Shown here one piece after another: positions 1 to 10,281 of a stretch of 64,000 bases of DNA. Below the pieces are notes generated by a model that worked only from the letters and a program-made list of their open reading frames with translations, did no database searches and was not told the DNA's origin. The position numbers were made by a program, and so were the translations under genes. This DNA is from a bacterium (GTDB taxonomy: Bacteria; UBA10199; 2-02-FULL-44-16; JAAZCA01): assembly GCA_963674695.2 (NCBI GenBank), contig CAXXGI010000001.1, positions 970,813-1,034,812 of the forward strand. The letters run 5' to 3'. Position 1 is the stretch's first letter. Every line of letters starts with the position of its first letter.

Positions 1-939
1 AACATCCGGAACCTTCCTGGCGGGACAACATACTGGGAGAATCCGAAGGCTCCTTCGCACGGCTTCGGTGTTTCGAGCCTCGCTGTAGGTGAAAAAATCG
101 GCCTCGCACCGGAAGCTTCGCTCACGATCGCACCGATCGACAGCAGAGGAACAAGCAACCTCCCACTCGAGATCCTAGACGCCCTCGAACGAACGATCGA
201 GGCAGATGAACAGGGAGAGGCGATCTCCGTCGTCGGCATCAGTCTGGGCATGGAGGTCCCGAATGAATTTCAGAATCAGGTCGCTCGCTCACCCATCTAT
301 CGAAAGCTCGTCCGCGCCTGCACCGAACTCCACCGACGCAATATCGCCGTGGTCATCTCCGCTGGTAATTCCGGCGCGGCGGATCAGATCAACATCCTCG
401 GCATGCTCCCGCACGTGACGCTGGCCGGTGCATTGGAGAGTCACCTGACGCGTTCGCGCACAGACGATACGGAGAGCAGCTACTCAACCGGCGCTGGGAC
501 AAACGCGCTTCACCTCTGGGCGCATGCCGATCCGGTGCTCTTCCCGTTCGGAAAGGACCAGGTCGCTTGGCTGAAACGGGGTGGAACCTCATCGGCGCAA
601 CCCCATCTCTCGGGCGCACTGCTGCTCATGCGCGATGTGAACCCCCTGCTCACGGCCGACCAATCGCTCGCCATCCTCGAGGCCACAGCCGATCCATCGG
701 AACAGGACGCTACTGTCCAGATCCTCGATCCGATGGAGGCGCTGGCGGTTGCCGCCATGCTTCCCGGCTCGACCTATCGCGATGATCGGCGCGATGCATT
801 CCTTCGCGCATTGGAACAGACACCCGGGGCCATCACGGCAAGCGCCATTCACGCCACACTCAAGGAACCCCTCAAACAAGCGCAGCGCGAAGCGATCTAC
901 GGCGACCTGCGCGGCTTCTCCTTTCCGAAGTTTCGGTAA
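1..939 (+). CDS. S8 (subtilisin-like) serine peptidase, 5'-truncated by window
   Basis: Frame 1 is open from base 1 and reads SHGFGVSSLAVG...GLAPEA (His motif), VVISAGNSG (oxyanion Asn) and GGTSSAQPHLSG (catalytic Ser). Confidence 0.85.
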   Translation, partial: NIRNLPGGTTYWENPKAPSHGFGVSSLAVGEKIGLAPEASLTIAPIDSRGTSNLPLEILDALERTIEADEQGEAISVVGISLGMEVPNEFQNQVARSPIYRKLVRACTELHRRNIAVVISAGNSGAADQINILGMLPHVTLAGALESHLTRSRTDDTESSYSTGAGTNALHLWAHADPVLFPFGKDQVAWLKRGGTSSAQPHLSGALLLMRDVNPLLTADQSLAILEATADPSEQDATVQILDPMEALAVAAMLPGSTYRDDRRDAFLRALEQTPGAITASAIHATLKEPLKQAQREAIYGDLRGFSFPKFR

Positions 940-1050
940 ATTTTTTATGCAACCATATCAACGCACGCGTTAAAATGGTCGTGACCATATGAACGAAAGA
1001 TTGCGCAGTAATTTCGCCAACTTAAGAATTGCGCCGATGCTATAAACCAC

Positions 1051-1076
1051 GCAACTTCTGTCGATCTGCGCCGACA
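1051..1076 (+). promoter_or_regulatory. GCAAC-N16-CGACA putative alternative-sigma promoter
   Basis: Same bipartite motif and spacing found at five sites, each upstream of and co-oriented with a gene. Confidence 0.5.
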
Positions 1077-1117
1077 ACTCTTTTAAGGGCCGCATCTTTA
1101 TCCAGAGAGAAATTGCC

Positions 1118-2905
1118 ATGGGCAGAGTAACAGAGAGCTTTGGACGACGACAGTGCATCGAAAATATCCCTTCTGCCGATCCGGCAAGGCAGGACTGTTT
1201 TCGCATCGTCAAGGATTGCAAGCGCGCTGACGGAAATGGTGTGAGCACGTTCGTCTTCGAGAAGGAAGAAGGCCCGGCCATCATGCGGACGATACAACCA
1301 GGCCTTCGCAAATGCATGCTCTTCGCACCCGAGGCGGCCAAAGAGGGGTACGTCCTCCAGGGGGCAAAGACCAGGCCCCAGAAACGAAAGCGACGGTCCA
1401 AGACGGCCAAACCCCGGAAACGAACGCGCGCAAAAAAGACAGCACGCGGCGGCAGGGGAAAGAGACTCATCCGATCGGTGCTGAGGGGGCTCGAGGACGG
1501 TCGCGTCGATATGGAGCGCGACTGGGAGCGCGTTCGCGATCACCGCTCCTTCAAGAAGAGTCCCAAGATAAGGGCGGACTACTTCGAGGCGGTGGCGAGA
1601 TCGGACGCGGTCATCCCTGAGGATGTGAAAAAATCGATGTTCACGTGGTTCAAGAAATTTTTCGCCACACATCCAAACGAACGCCTCACGATGTATGGTG
1701 ACATGATCGTCCGCGCAGCCAGCATCGCCGACAGACAGAGACGGTATCCCGAAGCGATCATCATGGACATGGAGAAAGCGGCGAAGGTATACGGAGAAAC
1801 TCTTTTCGACTATTATAAAAACTATGCCAGGCCGCGACTGATCAATCCCAAGACAAACACATTTCACCCCCACGTTGTCGATCACCTCATCCACTACGTC
1901 ACGAGCGAATTGAATGAAGAGATCGAGCGAGACCTCTATGCCGTCGGAGATCCGCGGTTGAATGCATTCATCATACACATACAGCTTCAACCCCGTTATC
2001 TGCATGAAGATGCCGGAAAAGCGGGCGAGGAGCCCTATGATTATTACAAGGGACACGTTCGCGGGCTTCTCATCGATCCGACAACAAACACGTTTCGTAC
2101 CCATGTCGTCGATGCCCTCGTAGAATTCATCATGAAGGGGGGAGAGTTTGAACCCAGGATCAAAAGGGATCTCATCGCCGTCGGAGATCCCCGATTGAAC
2201 AGACTCATCGAATTAGATGATGCTGACGATAAAAAGATGCAGAAACTCCTTGCTGTGCTTGCAGACCCCTACACCCTTCTCAACGGAACCCTGAGTGGAA
2301 GCAACTATCAAATCATTGTTAATCTCCGTAGCGATCTCGGATCTATGATACTGAGCAAGGCCCTCTGGCAAACCGCACACAGAATCCCAATGGCCCCGAA
2401 AATAGCGGGGGCAGGTTTGATGTTTCTCTCCCCACTCTCGGAATTTTTTATCCACAAGTGGGTCTATAAGCGGATCCATCAGAACACCGATCGGGAAAAG
2501 GTCATCGACCCCGCGCCCCGCCAGTGGAACCCGGATCTCGCCAAGGTGTGGCAGGGGGCCATCAGGGCATTAAAACCGTACGCACCCCCCGAGGGGGTCG
2601 AGCCCAGAACGCCGTTCGAGGTGCGCATAAAGGATGCCCTTGAACACCTCAATGAGGCGGACGAAGAGCTGTGTACGAGTTTTTTCTCCCGCCGGCTCGG
2701 AGACGACTATTATGAGGAACGCGAAGCGATGAACGCGTATCTGATCGGCGATCGACGCGATCTCGATCTCAAAACGCTCACGAGGAAGATCGATCGGAAA
2801 TCGAAATTCTGCCGCACGCTCGTCGAAATGCTCGAACACATCCCTCCCGAATTTTCCTATTACGACCGCGCACAAAAACTCCTGCGCGTCCTGTCCGAAG
2901 GGTAA
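1118..2905 (+). CDS. Hypothetical protein with ~60-aa internal duplication
   Basis: 595-aa ORF; two copies of DYYK...LI(N/D)PxTNTFxxHVVD...RDLxAVGDPRLN. Confidence 0.7.
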   Translation: MGRVTESFGRRQCIENIPSADPARQDCFRIVKDCKRADGNGVSTFVFEKEEGPAIMRTIQPGLRKCMLFAPEAAKEGYVLQGAKTRPQKRKRRSKTAKPRKRTRAKKTARGGRGKRLIRSVLRGLEDGRVDMERDWERVRDHRSFKKSPKIRADYFEAVARSDAVIPEDVKKSMFTWFKKFFATHPNERLTMYGDMIVRAASIADRQRRYPEAIIMDMEKAAKVYGETLFDYYKNYARPRLINPKTNTFHPHVVDHLIHYVTSELNEEIERDLYAVGDPRLNAFIIHIQLQPRYLHEDAGKAGEEPYDYYKGHVRGLLIDPTTNTFRTHVVDALVEFIMKGGEFEPRIKRDLIAVGDPRLNRLIELDDADDKKMQKLLAVLADPYTLLNGTLSGSNYQIIVNLRSDLGSMILSKALWQTAHRIPMAPKIAGAGLMFLSPLSEFFIHKWVYKRIHQNTDREKVIDPAPRQWNPDLAKVWQGAIRALKPYAPPEGVEPRTPFEVRIKDALEHLNEADEELCTSFFSRRLGDDYYEEREAMNAYLIGDRRDLDLKTLTRKIDRKSKFCRTLVEMLEHIPPEFSYYDRAQKLLRVLSEG

Positions 2906-2970
2906 CTGGTGAGCTCTGCATGTCACACGTCTTTGCTCACGGTTTACAGTTCACGGTTCACAGTTCACCA

Positions 2971-4452
2971 TTACCACGCCGAGAGCGAGAGGTAGGCGAC
3001 GAGGTTCTGCGGGAGGATGCCGAAGAGGATGACAACCATCGCGGCGATGGCCAGGACCGCCACGAGCGGCGCGGGGATGGCCCGCACCGTTGCATCTTCA
3101 TCGAAGGCGCCCATCGATGCGTGCGGCTCGCAGAAGACCATCGTCCATACGGGCTTGAGGAAATAAGCGATCGACAGGACCGATCCGAATGCGCCGACGA
3201 GCACGAGTCCCACATCGCCGCCCCCGAGTGCGGTGAGAAAAAGATCATAGCGCGCCACGAAGCCGACGGTCGGCGGCAGGCCTGCAAGGGCCAAGAGGAT
3301 GAGGGAGAAGGTTGCGGCCAATACGGGCCGACGAGAAGCCAGGCCTGCGAGCTGGGCACTGTCCACGCTGCCCGCACCCCCGATGGCACTCACCGCGGCA
3401 AAGGCCGCCGCCATGAGCACGACCGTCACGAGCAGGAAGAGGATGAGCGCACGCGAAACACCCGAAGGATCGGCCGCGACCGACGGCAACACGATCAGCG
3501 CCAGCCCCACCTGCGCAATCGCCGCGAAACCGAGCATGCGTTTGAGATTCGTCTGCGCCAACGCGCCGAGGTTGCCCACGACGATCGAGGCGACGGCGAG
3601 CGCTGTGAGCAGACCCCGCCAGAGCGGGCCGATGGCCGCAACCGCGAGCGCCACCCGCATGAAGGCGATGAGCCCCGCCGCCATCGCACCGGTGGTGAGG
3701 ATTACCGCTGCCGCCGGCGGCGCGCCCTCGATCGCATCGGGCATCCAGGCATGAAAGGCCGCGATCGCAATCCGGAGGGCGAAGGCGACCGTCACCAATC
3801 CCACGCCGACCAGGACGAGCGAACGCATCGGAGAGGCCATGCATTCTGGAATGCGCTCGGCGATCGCCCCCAACTCCGTCGCGCCGGTGACGCCGAAGAG
3901 ACAGGCCGCACCCATCGCCATGAAGGCGGTCGCCAGGAGGGAGGGGATGAAGAACTTCACCGCCGCCTCGTGCGCGCGCCCGCCGGCCCTTCCGCCGACG
4001 ATCAACGCAACCGCGCCCGCCGCAATGATTTCGAAGGCGATGAGGATCACCACGAGATCGGCGGCGGCAACGAGGAGCGCCATGCCGAAGGCGATCACGC
4101 CCAACATGGCCGCGGGGACACTTCGTTCAACGCCCTCGCCGCGATCGGAGCAAGAGACGAGCAGCGCAAAGGCCGTCGCGATGATCGCGATCTGCCAGCC
4201 GACGATCGTGACGCGATCGATGAGGAACATTCCTTGTGATGCGCCGGAAGCGGATGCCCACATCTGCCAGGAGAGGAAAAAGCTGACACCGAGACCTGCA
4301 CTGAGCACGGCAATGTGTGCACGCCGGGAGGGGCGAACGAGTTCGATTCCACCGACGACGAGTGCGGTCACCGCCAAGACGATGAGCGGGAGTGCGCTTC
4401 GCACGAATGCGACCCCCCCCTGCCCACCCCACTGTACCACCGCTTCGAACAT
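2971..4452 (-). CDS. nuoN: NADH-quinone oxidoreductase subunit N-like protein (divergent)
   Basis: EAAVKFF, FHAWMPDAIEGAP, GNLGALAQTNLKRML, LAGLPPTVGF; ATG at 4452 after GGAGG; the upstream extension in the ORF track is tandem repeat. Confidence 0.85.
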   Translation of the reverse strand: MFEAVVQWGGQGGVAFVRSALPLIVLAVTALVVGGIELVRPSRRAHIAVLSAGLGVSFFLSWQMWASASGASQGMFLIDRVTIVGWQIAIIATAFALLVSCSDRGEGVERSVPAAMLGVIAFGMALLVAAADLVVILIAFEIIAAGAVALIVGGRAGGRAHEAAVKFFIPSLLATAFMAMGAACLFGVTGATELGAIAERIPECMASPMRSLVLVGVGLVTVAFALRIAIAAFHAWMPDAIEGAPPAAAVILTTGAMAAGLIAFMRVALAVAAIGPLWRGLLTALAVASIVVGNLGALAQTNLKRMLGFAAIAQVGLALIVLPSVAADPSGVSRALILFLLVTVVLMAAAFAAVSAIGGAGSVDSAQLAGLASRRPVLAATFSLILLALAGLPPTVGFVARYDLFLTALGGGDVGLVLVGAFGSVLSIAYFLKPVWTMVFCEPHASMGAFDEDATVRAIPAPLVAVLAIAAMVVILFGILPQNLVAYLSLSAW

Positions 4453-4460
4453 CGAACCTC

Positions 4461-4552
4461 CGTAACTCGTGACTCGTAACTCGTAACTCGTGACTCGTAA
4501 CTCGTAACTCGCGAGCTGTTCACGGTTCACGGTTCACGGTTCACGGTTCACG
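4461..4552. repeat. Tandem 7-mers: (CGT[A/G]ACT)x7 then (GTTCACG)x5
   Basis: Read directly between nuoM and nuoN; overlaps the nuoM stop. Confidence 0.95.
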
Positions 4553-6043
4553 CTCCCCTGCGGGGACGATCATGCGCACGCGTGTCGCCAGCGTGCAGAA
4601 GGTCTTCGCCGAGGCAAGCGCCGGGCCGAGCCACATCCTCGGAGCGACGCCGACGCCGATGAGGATCGCCAGAGCGGGAATGAGCAGCACATATTCGCGC
4701 AAACCGAGATCACGCCGATGGCGCGCCTCTTCATCGGACGATCCCGCGATCAATCGCAGAGCGATGCGTCCGACGGCGACCGGCACGAGCACAACGCCTG
4801 CGAGCGCGATGGCCGCCATGATCGTCTGCGTCTGAAAACTCCCGAGGAAGACGAGCCACTCGCCCGCGAAGACGGCAAACCCCGGAACGCCCGCCGCCGC
4901 GACGAGCAGGACCAGCAGCACCACCGCCATGCGCGGAAGACGCGCACCGAGCTTCGCGCTTCCATCGAGCGCATCGGTCAAACCACGACCGGAGAGCATG
5001 CCGGCCATACCCAGAAGTCCAACGCTGACGAGCCCCTGCGCGGCCAGCACCACCACCGCCCCCGCGCTCGCCTCCACATTGAGCGACGAAAACCCGAGCA
5101 GAACGATTCCCGTCTGGGCGACGGCCAGATACGCGACCGCACGCTTGAGCGTGGGCTGCACCGCAGCCATGAGCGCACCGGCGATGATTCCGACGAGTGC
5201 GAGAATGCAGAGCACGGGTACGGCAACCGCGAGCGCCTCAGGGAACAGCGGCATCGCAAAGCGATAGAATCCGTAACAGCCCATCTTGAGCAGGCCCCCG
5301 ACGATCAGGATCGCCCCGGCGGTGGGCGCCTCGGCCACCGCATCCGCGAGCCACATATGCAGGCCCACGACGGCAGCGGGGATGGCAAACGCGACCGCCA
5401 TGGCCAGGAAGAGCCAGCGCTGCACCGCGAAGGGGAAATCGATCGCGTACCAATCGAGCAGGTCGAACGAGCCCACCACGCCCGCGGCCGCGAGCATCGC
5501 CACGAGGAGCAGCATGCCGCCCGCCATCACGAAGAGCAGGAAGGTATGCGCCGCGCGCAGGCGCCCGGAGAGCCCGAAGCTGCCGACCAGGAAGAAGAGA
5601 GCGATGAGCACCACCTGCCAACTGACATAGAAGAGAAAGATGTCGAGCGCGGCGAAGACGCCCATGAACCCGGCTTCCGCCACGAACAGCCAGACATGAA
5701 ATCCGCGCACGCGTTCATCGACTTCATTCCAGGAGACGAGCACGCCCATGGGCACGATGAGCGCGATCATCAGCATCAGGAGCATCGAGGCGCCATCGAC
5801 GCCGACGTGATAGTGGATGCCGAAGGCGGGGATCCAGGAGGCAATCTCACCGAGTTCGAACTCGCGCGAACCCTCGATGCCAAACCAGGCCAGCGCACAG
5901 AGCGCGAGCGTGACGAGCGCCACGACGAGCCCCACCGCGCGCACCGCCCCCTTCCACCGCGCCGGCACGAGCAGGATGAGCGCCGCACCGAGAAGCGGCA
6001 GAAAGATGATCGCGGTCAGCATGTGGGAAAGCAGCAGTTGCAT
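4541..6043 (-). CDS. nuoM: NADH-quinone oxidoreductase subunit M-like protein (divergent)
   Basis: WIPAFGIHYHVGVDG, ALDIFLFYV, LHMWLADAVAEAPTAG, LLKMGCYG, FAGEW. Confidence 0.88.
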   Translation of the reverse strand: MQLLLSHMLTAIIFLPLLGAALILLVPARWKGAVRAVGLVVALVTLALCALAWFGIEGSREFELGEIASWIPAFGIHYHVGVDGASMLLMLMIALIVPMGVLVSWNEVDERVRGFHVWLFVAEAGFMGVFAALDIFLFYVSWQVVLIALFFLVGSFGLSGRLRAAHTFLLFVMAGGMLLLVAMLAAAGVVGSFDLLDWYAIDFPFAVQRWLFLAMAVAFAIPAAVVGLHMWLADAVAEAPTAGAILIVGGLLKMGCYGFYRFAMPLFPEALAVAVPVLCILALVGIIAGALMAAVQPTLKRAVAYLAVAQTGIVLLGFSSLNVEASAGAVVVLAAQGLVSVGLLGMAGMLSGRGLTDALDGSAKLGARLPRMAVVLLVLLVAAAGVPGFAVFAGEWLVFLGSFQTQTIMAAIALAGVVLVPVAVGRIALRLIAGSSDEEARHRRDLGLREYVLLIPALAILIGVGVAPRMWLGPALASAKTFCTLATRVRMIVPAGEREP

Positions 6044-6049
6044 AATTTC

Positions 6050-6123
6050 CGTGACTCGTGACTCGTGACTCGTAACTCGTAACTCGTAACTCGTGAACCG
6101 TAATTCGTGACTCGTGAACCGTA
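6050..6123. repeat. Tandem 7-mer CGT[A/G]ACT-type repeat (~10 units)
   Basis: Read directly upstream of the nuoM start. Confidence 0.9.
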
Positions 6124-6331
6124 AGCAATCCGGGACTGGATCCCCGACTACACCACTCGGGGATGACATCGCGTAAAAACCAGCCTCCGTGATCCGTTCG
6201 ATCGAAGATCGTGTCGCCGCGAGGGAACACGCGAGGCCATTTTTACAGCTTCATCGGAAAAATGGTCTCGCGTTTTCCCGGAAGGCGCCAAGCAACTTCG
6301 CGCCGCGAGATGAAACTCCGGACTTTCCCCC

Positions 6332-8320
6332 TCACCCCAGCACCAACACCCCGACGACGACGACGGCGCCGATGAGGACATAGAGCAGATACTGTCGCAC
6401 GGCACCGGTCTGTGCAGCGGCCGCGACCGACGCGAAGAAACCGATCGCGCGCGCGCTGCCCCCGATGAGAATACCGGACAGAAACGTGCGGTCGATCAAT
6501 TTCCACAAGATCACGCGCGCGACCCACCCGATGGGGCGCACCACGAGCGTCTGCGCTATTTCTTCGAGATACCAGCCCGAGCGCGCGCTGTGATAGAGCG
6601 GCGCGATGCGCCGGAGCAGACGCTCCGACCAATCGCGGCGCTGCGCATAGATGAGCCAACCCAGGATCGAACAGTGCACCGTCCAGAGGACGGCGATGAC
6701 ATAGAGGATGATCTGCACCGCGCGCGAGACATTATTCATGCCGCGGCTGACCTCGCCCGGCAGGAGTTCGCCCAGCCAGACGCCGAACCGATCGGCGCCG
6801 CCCAGGATTTCGGGGACGGCGAGCACCCCGCCGAAGAGACAGGCGGTGGCCAGCAGCATCAGCGGCACCACCATCGCCACGGGCGATTCGGTCACGCGTT
6901 TGAAACGATCGAGTTCGATCTCGGTGCGACCGAAGAAGATCGCTCCCGCCACGCGAAAGATCGCAAAGGCGATCATCCCCATGGCCGCGAAGGTCATGAT
7001 CCAGATGAGGACCTCGCCGCGCGCATAGGCATGGATGAGAATAGCGGAGAGCCCCGCAAATCCCGCCAGGGGAACCACGCCCGCGAGCGTAGCCGCAGCG
7101 ATGACGAAGGTCCAGGCCGTGATCGGCATGCGCTGACCCAGGCCGCCCATGCCGAAGAGATCGCTCTCGCCCTGCAGGGCACGCATCGCACCGGCGGCGG
7201 CGAGCATGCAGAGCAGGAGTGCAAGCGCGACGACCACGAGATGATAGACGGCGGTGGTAAAGACCCCCAACCCCGCCGCGATGAGGACGATGCCGAGCTC
7301 GGCGGCGGCGATCTGCGCAAGGATGCGTCGCACATCGGTCGACGCCAGCGCCGTGGCGCCCGCCGCGAGTGCGGTGATTCCGCCGAGCAACGCCATCGCC
7401 TTGAGGACACTCGGCGCGAGCGCGAAGATGCCATCCATGCGCGCAACGAGGGCGACCGCCGTAGCGCCGATGACCACCGCCTGCAGAAAGGCCGCGACCG
7501 GAACGGGCGAACGCGTCGTCGAGGGAAGCCAGAACAAAAACGGCACCTGTGCGGAACGCACCGCCACCGCCACGAGCAGCAGCAACGCGATGACGTGCGC
7601 AACCGGCAAAAACGCGGCCTGATACTGCACTACGTTTTCGAACGCGAGCGCGCCATCGCCGGGAGGAACATCGGCCGCCGCCATCGCCCCGACGATGAGA
7701 AAGCAGGCGGCCATGAGCGCCGCATCGCCAATGCGATCGACGACGAAGACCACGACTCCATGCTGCGCACCGTCGCGATCGGAGGAGACGAATCCCGCCG
7801 TCAGCGATGCACACAACCCCACGCCCATCCATCCGACGATGAAGAACAGAAGGTTCTCCGCCAGCACCGCCATGAGCGCGAAGAAGAGCATCGCATGGAT
7901 GAGAGAAGCGGCGCGCGCCAAGGAGCGCCGCCCCTCCATCGCGCCGGGCAGCGCCATCTGCGCAAAGAGGGCCGCGATGCTGAGCGTCAACCCGAGCGTG
8001 AGCGAGAGCTGATCGAGACGCAGACCCACGTCGACCACGAAATCCTTTGAGGCGATCCAGGTGAAGAGCGGTCCGGTGATCGCCGCAGCAGAGCCGACCT
8101 CGAATCCCATGAGCGTCCAAAACAGGACGATCATGATGGCGACGGTGAGCAGGGCACCGACGACGCCGATGAAGACGCTCAGCGGCCGAAATCGTTCATG
8201 CTCGGCGCGTGCGCCCGCCATCGCGATGAACGCGCAGCATGCCGACGACGTCAGCGGAACGGCCAGGACGCACCAGATGAGTGTCTGCAGTGAAACGATC
8301 TGATAGAGCGATTCGAGCAT
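6332..8320 (-). CDS. nuoL: NADH-quinone oxidoreductase subunit L-like protein (divergent)
   Basis: LRLDQLS, GWMGVGLC, RIGD, SAQVPFLFWLP, MGGL, C-terminal QTGAVRQY; position in the K-L-M-N series. Confidence 0.88.
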   Translation of the reverse strand: MLESLYQIVSLQTLIWCVLAVPLTSSACCAFIAMAGARAEHERFRPLSVFIGVVGALLTVAIMIVLFWTLMGFEVGSAAAITGPLFTWIASKDFVVDVGLRLDQLSLTLGLTLSIAALFAQMALPGAMEGRRSLARAASLIHAMLFFALMAVLAENLLFFIVGWMGVGLCASLTAGFVSSDRDGAQHGVVVFVVDRIGDAALMAACFLIVGAMAAADVPPGDGALAFENVVQYQAAFLPVAHVIALLLLVAVAVRSAQVPFLFWLPSTTRSPVPVAAFLQAVVIGATAVALVARMDGIFALAPSVLKAMALLGGITALAAGATALASTDVRRILAQIAAAELGIVLIAAGLGVFTTAVYHLVVVALALLLCMLAAAGAMRALQGESDLFGMGGLGQRMPITAWTFVIAAATLAGVVPLAGFAGLSAILIHAYARGEVLIWIMTFAAMGMIAFAIFRVAGAIFFGRTEIELDRFKRVTESPVAMVVPLMLLATACLFGGVLAVPEILGGADRFGVWLGELLPGEVSRGMNNVSRAVQIILYVIAVLWTVHCSILGWLIYAQRRDWSERLLRRIAPLYHSARSGWYLEEIAQTLVVRPIGWVARVILWKLIDRTFLSGILIGGSARAIGFFASVAAAAQTGAVRQYLLYVLIGAVVVVGVLVLG

Positions 8321-8321
8321 G

Positions 8322-8627
8322 CTATCCCTTCAAGAGCGAAAGGTCATCCACATCGCGCCCGGCGTCTTTGCGCTCGAGCGCACGGGCGAGTCCAAAGCCG
8401 ACGATCACCTGCAGGACCATGATGACGAAAAGGGTGAGCACGAGCACCCGGCCCGCCAACGCAAGATTCCAGCGGGAGAAGGTCACGACCGCCACCACCG
8501 CCGCCAGGAGCATGAGCTGTGCCGACAAGAGGATCGCCACGAGATTTCGGCGTACGATCATGCCGAATGCCCCCAACACAAAGAGCAACGCACTCGCGGC
8601 GAATGCCGGATGCAACGCGGGAATCAT
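8322..8627 (-). CDS. nuoK: NADH-quinone oxidoreductase subunit K-like protein
   Basis: LFVLGAFGMIVRRNLVAILLS...DVDDLSLLKG; start overlaps the nuoJ stop. Confidence 0.85.
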   Translation of the reverse strand: MIPALHPAFAASALLFVLGAFGMIVRRNLVAILLSAQLMLLAAVVAVVTFSRWNLALAGRVLVLTLFVIMVLQVIVGFGLARALERKDAGRDVDDLSLLKG

Positions 8628-9121
8628 CGAACCTCCCGGGTCATGACGACGGCGCTGATGAGCGCAAAGAGCGCGGCCAGCACCGACAGTTCCATGAAGG
8701 CCGAATCCAAAAACGTCGCAGCCAGGAGCGGCATGCCCTGAAACCCGCGCGGAAGCGGCGGCATCATCCCGGCCGATGGCGGCACGAATGCCACGAGGAT
8801 GAGCACCCCCAGATACGCGACCGCGATCACTCCGAGGACCGTGCCGAATCGAACGGACCGGCGCGAACACCGCTGCGCCTCCTGCGCCGAACCGTTTAGC
8901 GCGGCCGCGAAGATGGTCGCCCCACCGATGGCGACGAGCATGCAGGCGAGTGCGGCCATGCCATCGGCGAGCAGCGCCACGAGCCCCGCCGCCGCGATGA
9001 ACGTCACCGCAAACCAACGCGCCCCGTCACGCAGCTCGCTGCGTGTCACCGCGGCAAAGGCCGCAACGACGACGATGGTCGCACAGACGACGACAGCGAT
9101 CCCCTCGACGATCGACGGCAC
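8624..9121 (-). CDS. nuoJ: NADH-quinone oxidoreductase subunit J-like protein (divergent)
   Basis: 165-aa hydrophobic protein with VAIGGA and C-terminal FMELSVLAALFALISAVVM; lies before nuoK. Confidence 0.7.
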   Translation of the reverse strand: MPSIVEGIAVVVCATIVVVAAFAAVTRSELRDGARWFAVTFIAAAGLVALLADGMAALACMLVAIGGATIFAAALNGSAQEAQRCSRRSVRFGTVLGVIAVAYLGVLILVAFVPPSAGMMPPLPRGFQGMPLLAATFLDSAFMELSVLAALFALISAVVMTREVR

Positions 9122-9131
9122 ATCCCCTCCT

Positions 9132-10064
9132 TCACCACAAGGTCATGAGGGCCAAGGCAACCCCCGTGACGAACAGGTTGATACATGCCAACGGCAGAAA
9201 CCATCGACGCATGCGCTGCCATCTCGCCGATTCGCGCTGCGCATCGAGCCGGCGTTCGATCCAACCGATCGCTGCGCACAACGCCGCCGTCTTGATGACG
9301 AAGACGACGAGCCCGGCCCCCATGCTCCACGTGCCGATGGCCCAATCGAGCAACTGATGTCCTGCCACCGGGGTGGCGATGAGATGGCGCAGCGCCGCGC
9401 CATCCAGCGAGGGAATCGCCCAGCCGCCCAGAAAGAGCGTCGCTCCCCACGCGCCCAACACCACCAGCAACATGCCGTCGGCCATGCGGCGAAAGAAGAC
9501 GGCTTCGCAAGCCACGGCGCCGGGCACACTGAATGCCCACAGCTGGGCGGCCCCGAAGAGAAAGAGCACAAACCCGATCGGCTGCACCACGATACCCCAG
9601 CGGAGGAGATCGGCGCCGCCGACATCGAGCATGGCATGCAACCGCATCGATCCGTGCACCAGGGCAACCGCACCGGCGACGAAGAGCAGCGCAGCCCCTG
9701 CGGAGATCAGGCGCAGACGCTTGGCGGGCATCGTCTCGCCATCATCGGCAAGCGTTTGTGCAAACGCACTCGCCAGGATGAGCGCCAAAATGATCAGCGC
9801 GCTGCTGGGCAGATCGGCCAGCGGCGAGATGAAGGCAATCGCACCAATTGTCGTCGTCGCCATGAACGGCACGAGCCCGAGCGCGGCCGCCGCCGTCAGA
9901 AAGGCGATGACGGGAGCCAGCAGCGAGAACGCGGGAAGATCGCCGCTCGCATGTGCGCCCGCATATCGCGCACGCGTCATCCGACAGACAGACCAGACGA
10001 GTCCGCTCGACGCCACGAGCAGGACGCCAACGGAAACGATCGCTTGGATGAATGCAGCCAACAT
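9132..10064 (-). CDS. nuoH: NADH-quinone oxidoreductase subunit H-like protein (highly divergent)
   Basis: LAPVIAF...LVPF, WGIVVQPIGFVLF, TLFLGGW, FVIKT, WFLPLACINLFVT. Confidence 0.7.
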   Translation of the reverse strand: MLAAFIQAIVSVGVLLVASSGLVWSVCRMTRARYAGAHASGDLPAFSLLAPVIAFLTAAAALGLVPFMATTTIGAIAFISPLADLPSSALIILALILASAFAQTLADDGETMPAKRLRLISAGAALLFVAGAVALVHGSMRLHAMLDVGGADLLRWGIVVQPIGFVLFLFGAAQLWAFSVPGAVACEAVFFRRMADGMLLVVLGAWGATLFLGGWAIPSLDGAALRHLIATPVAGHQLLDWAIGTWSMGAGLVVFVIKTAALCAAIGWIERRLDAQRESARWQRMRRWFLPLACINLFVTGVALALMTLW

Positions 10065-10077
10065 CTCACATCCTCAA

Positions 10078-10281
10078 TTCCCTCCCCCTTGTAAGGGGAG
10101 GGTCAGACTGCTGACAAAGTCTTCTCGCGCTGTCATTCCCGCGGGGGTAAGCGGGAATCTCGATTATCACAGCACGTCGAGATCCCCGCTTTCGCGGGGA
10201 TGACAACGGCAGGGTTTGTCATCAATCTGGGTTAGGGTGGGGTAGATCGGGGACTCATGATCTACCTCCCCCCATCCCCTC
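10078..10281. mobile_element. Nested REP/MITE-like composite
   Basis: CCCTCCCC/GGGGAGGG-type palindrome interrupted by a 126-bp element with TIRs at 10104-10118 and 10215-10229, which contains a GTCATTCCCGC...GCGGGGATGAC REP pair. Confidence 0.6.
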
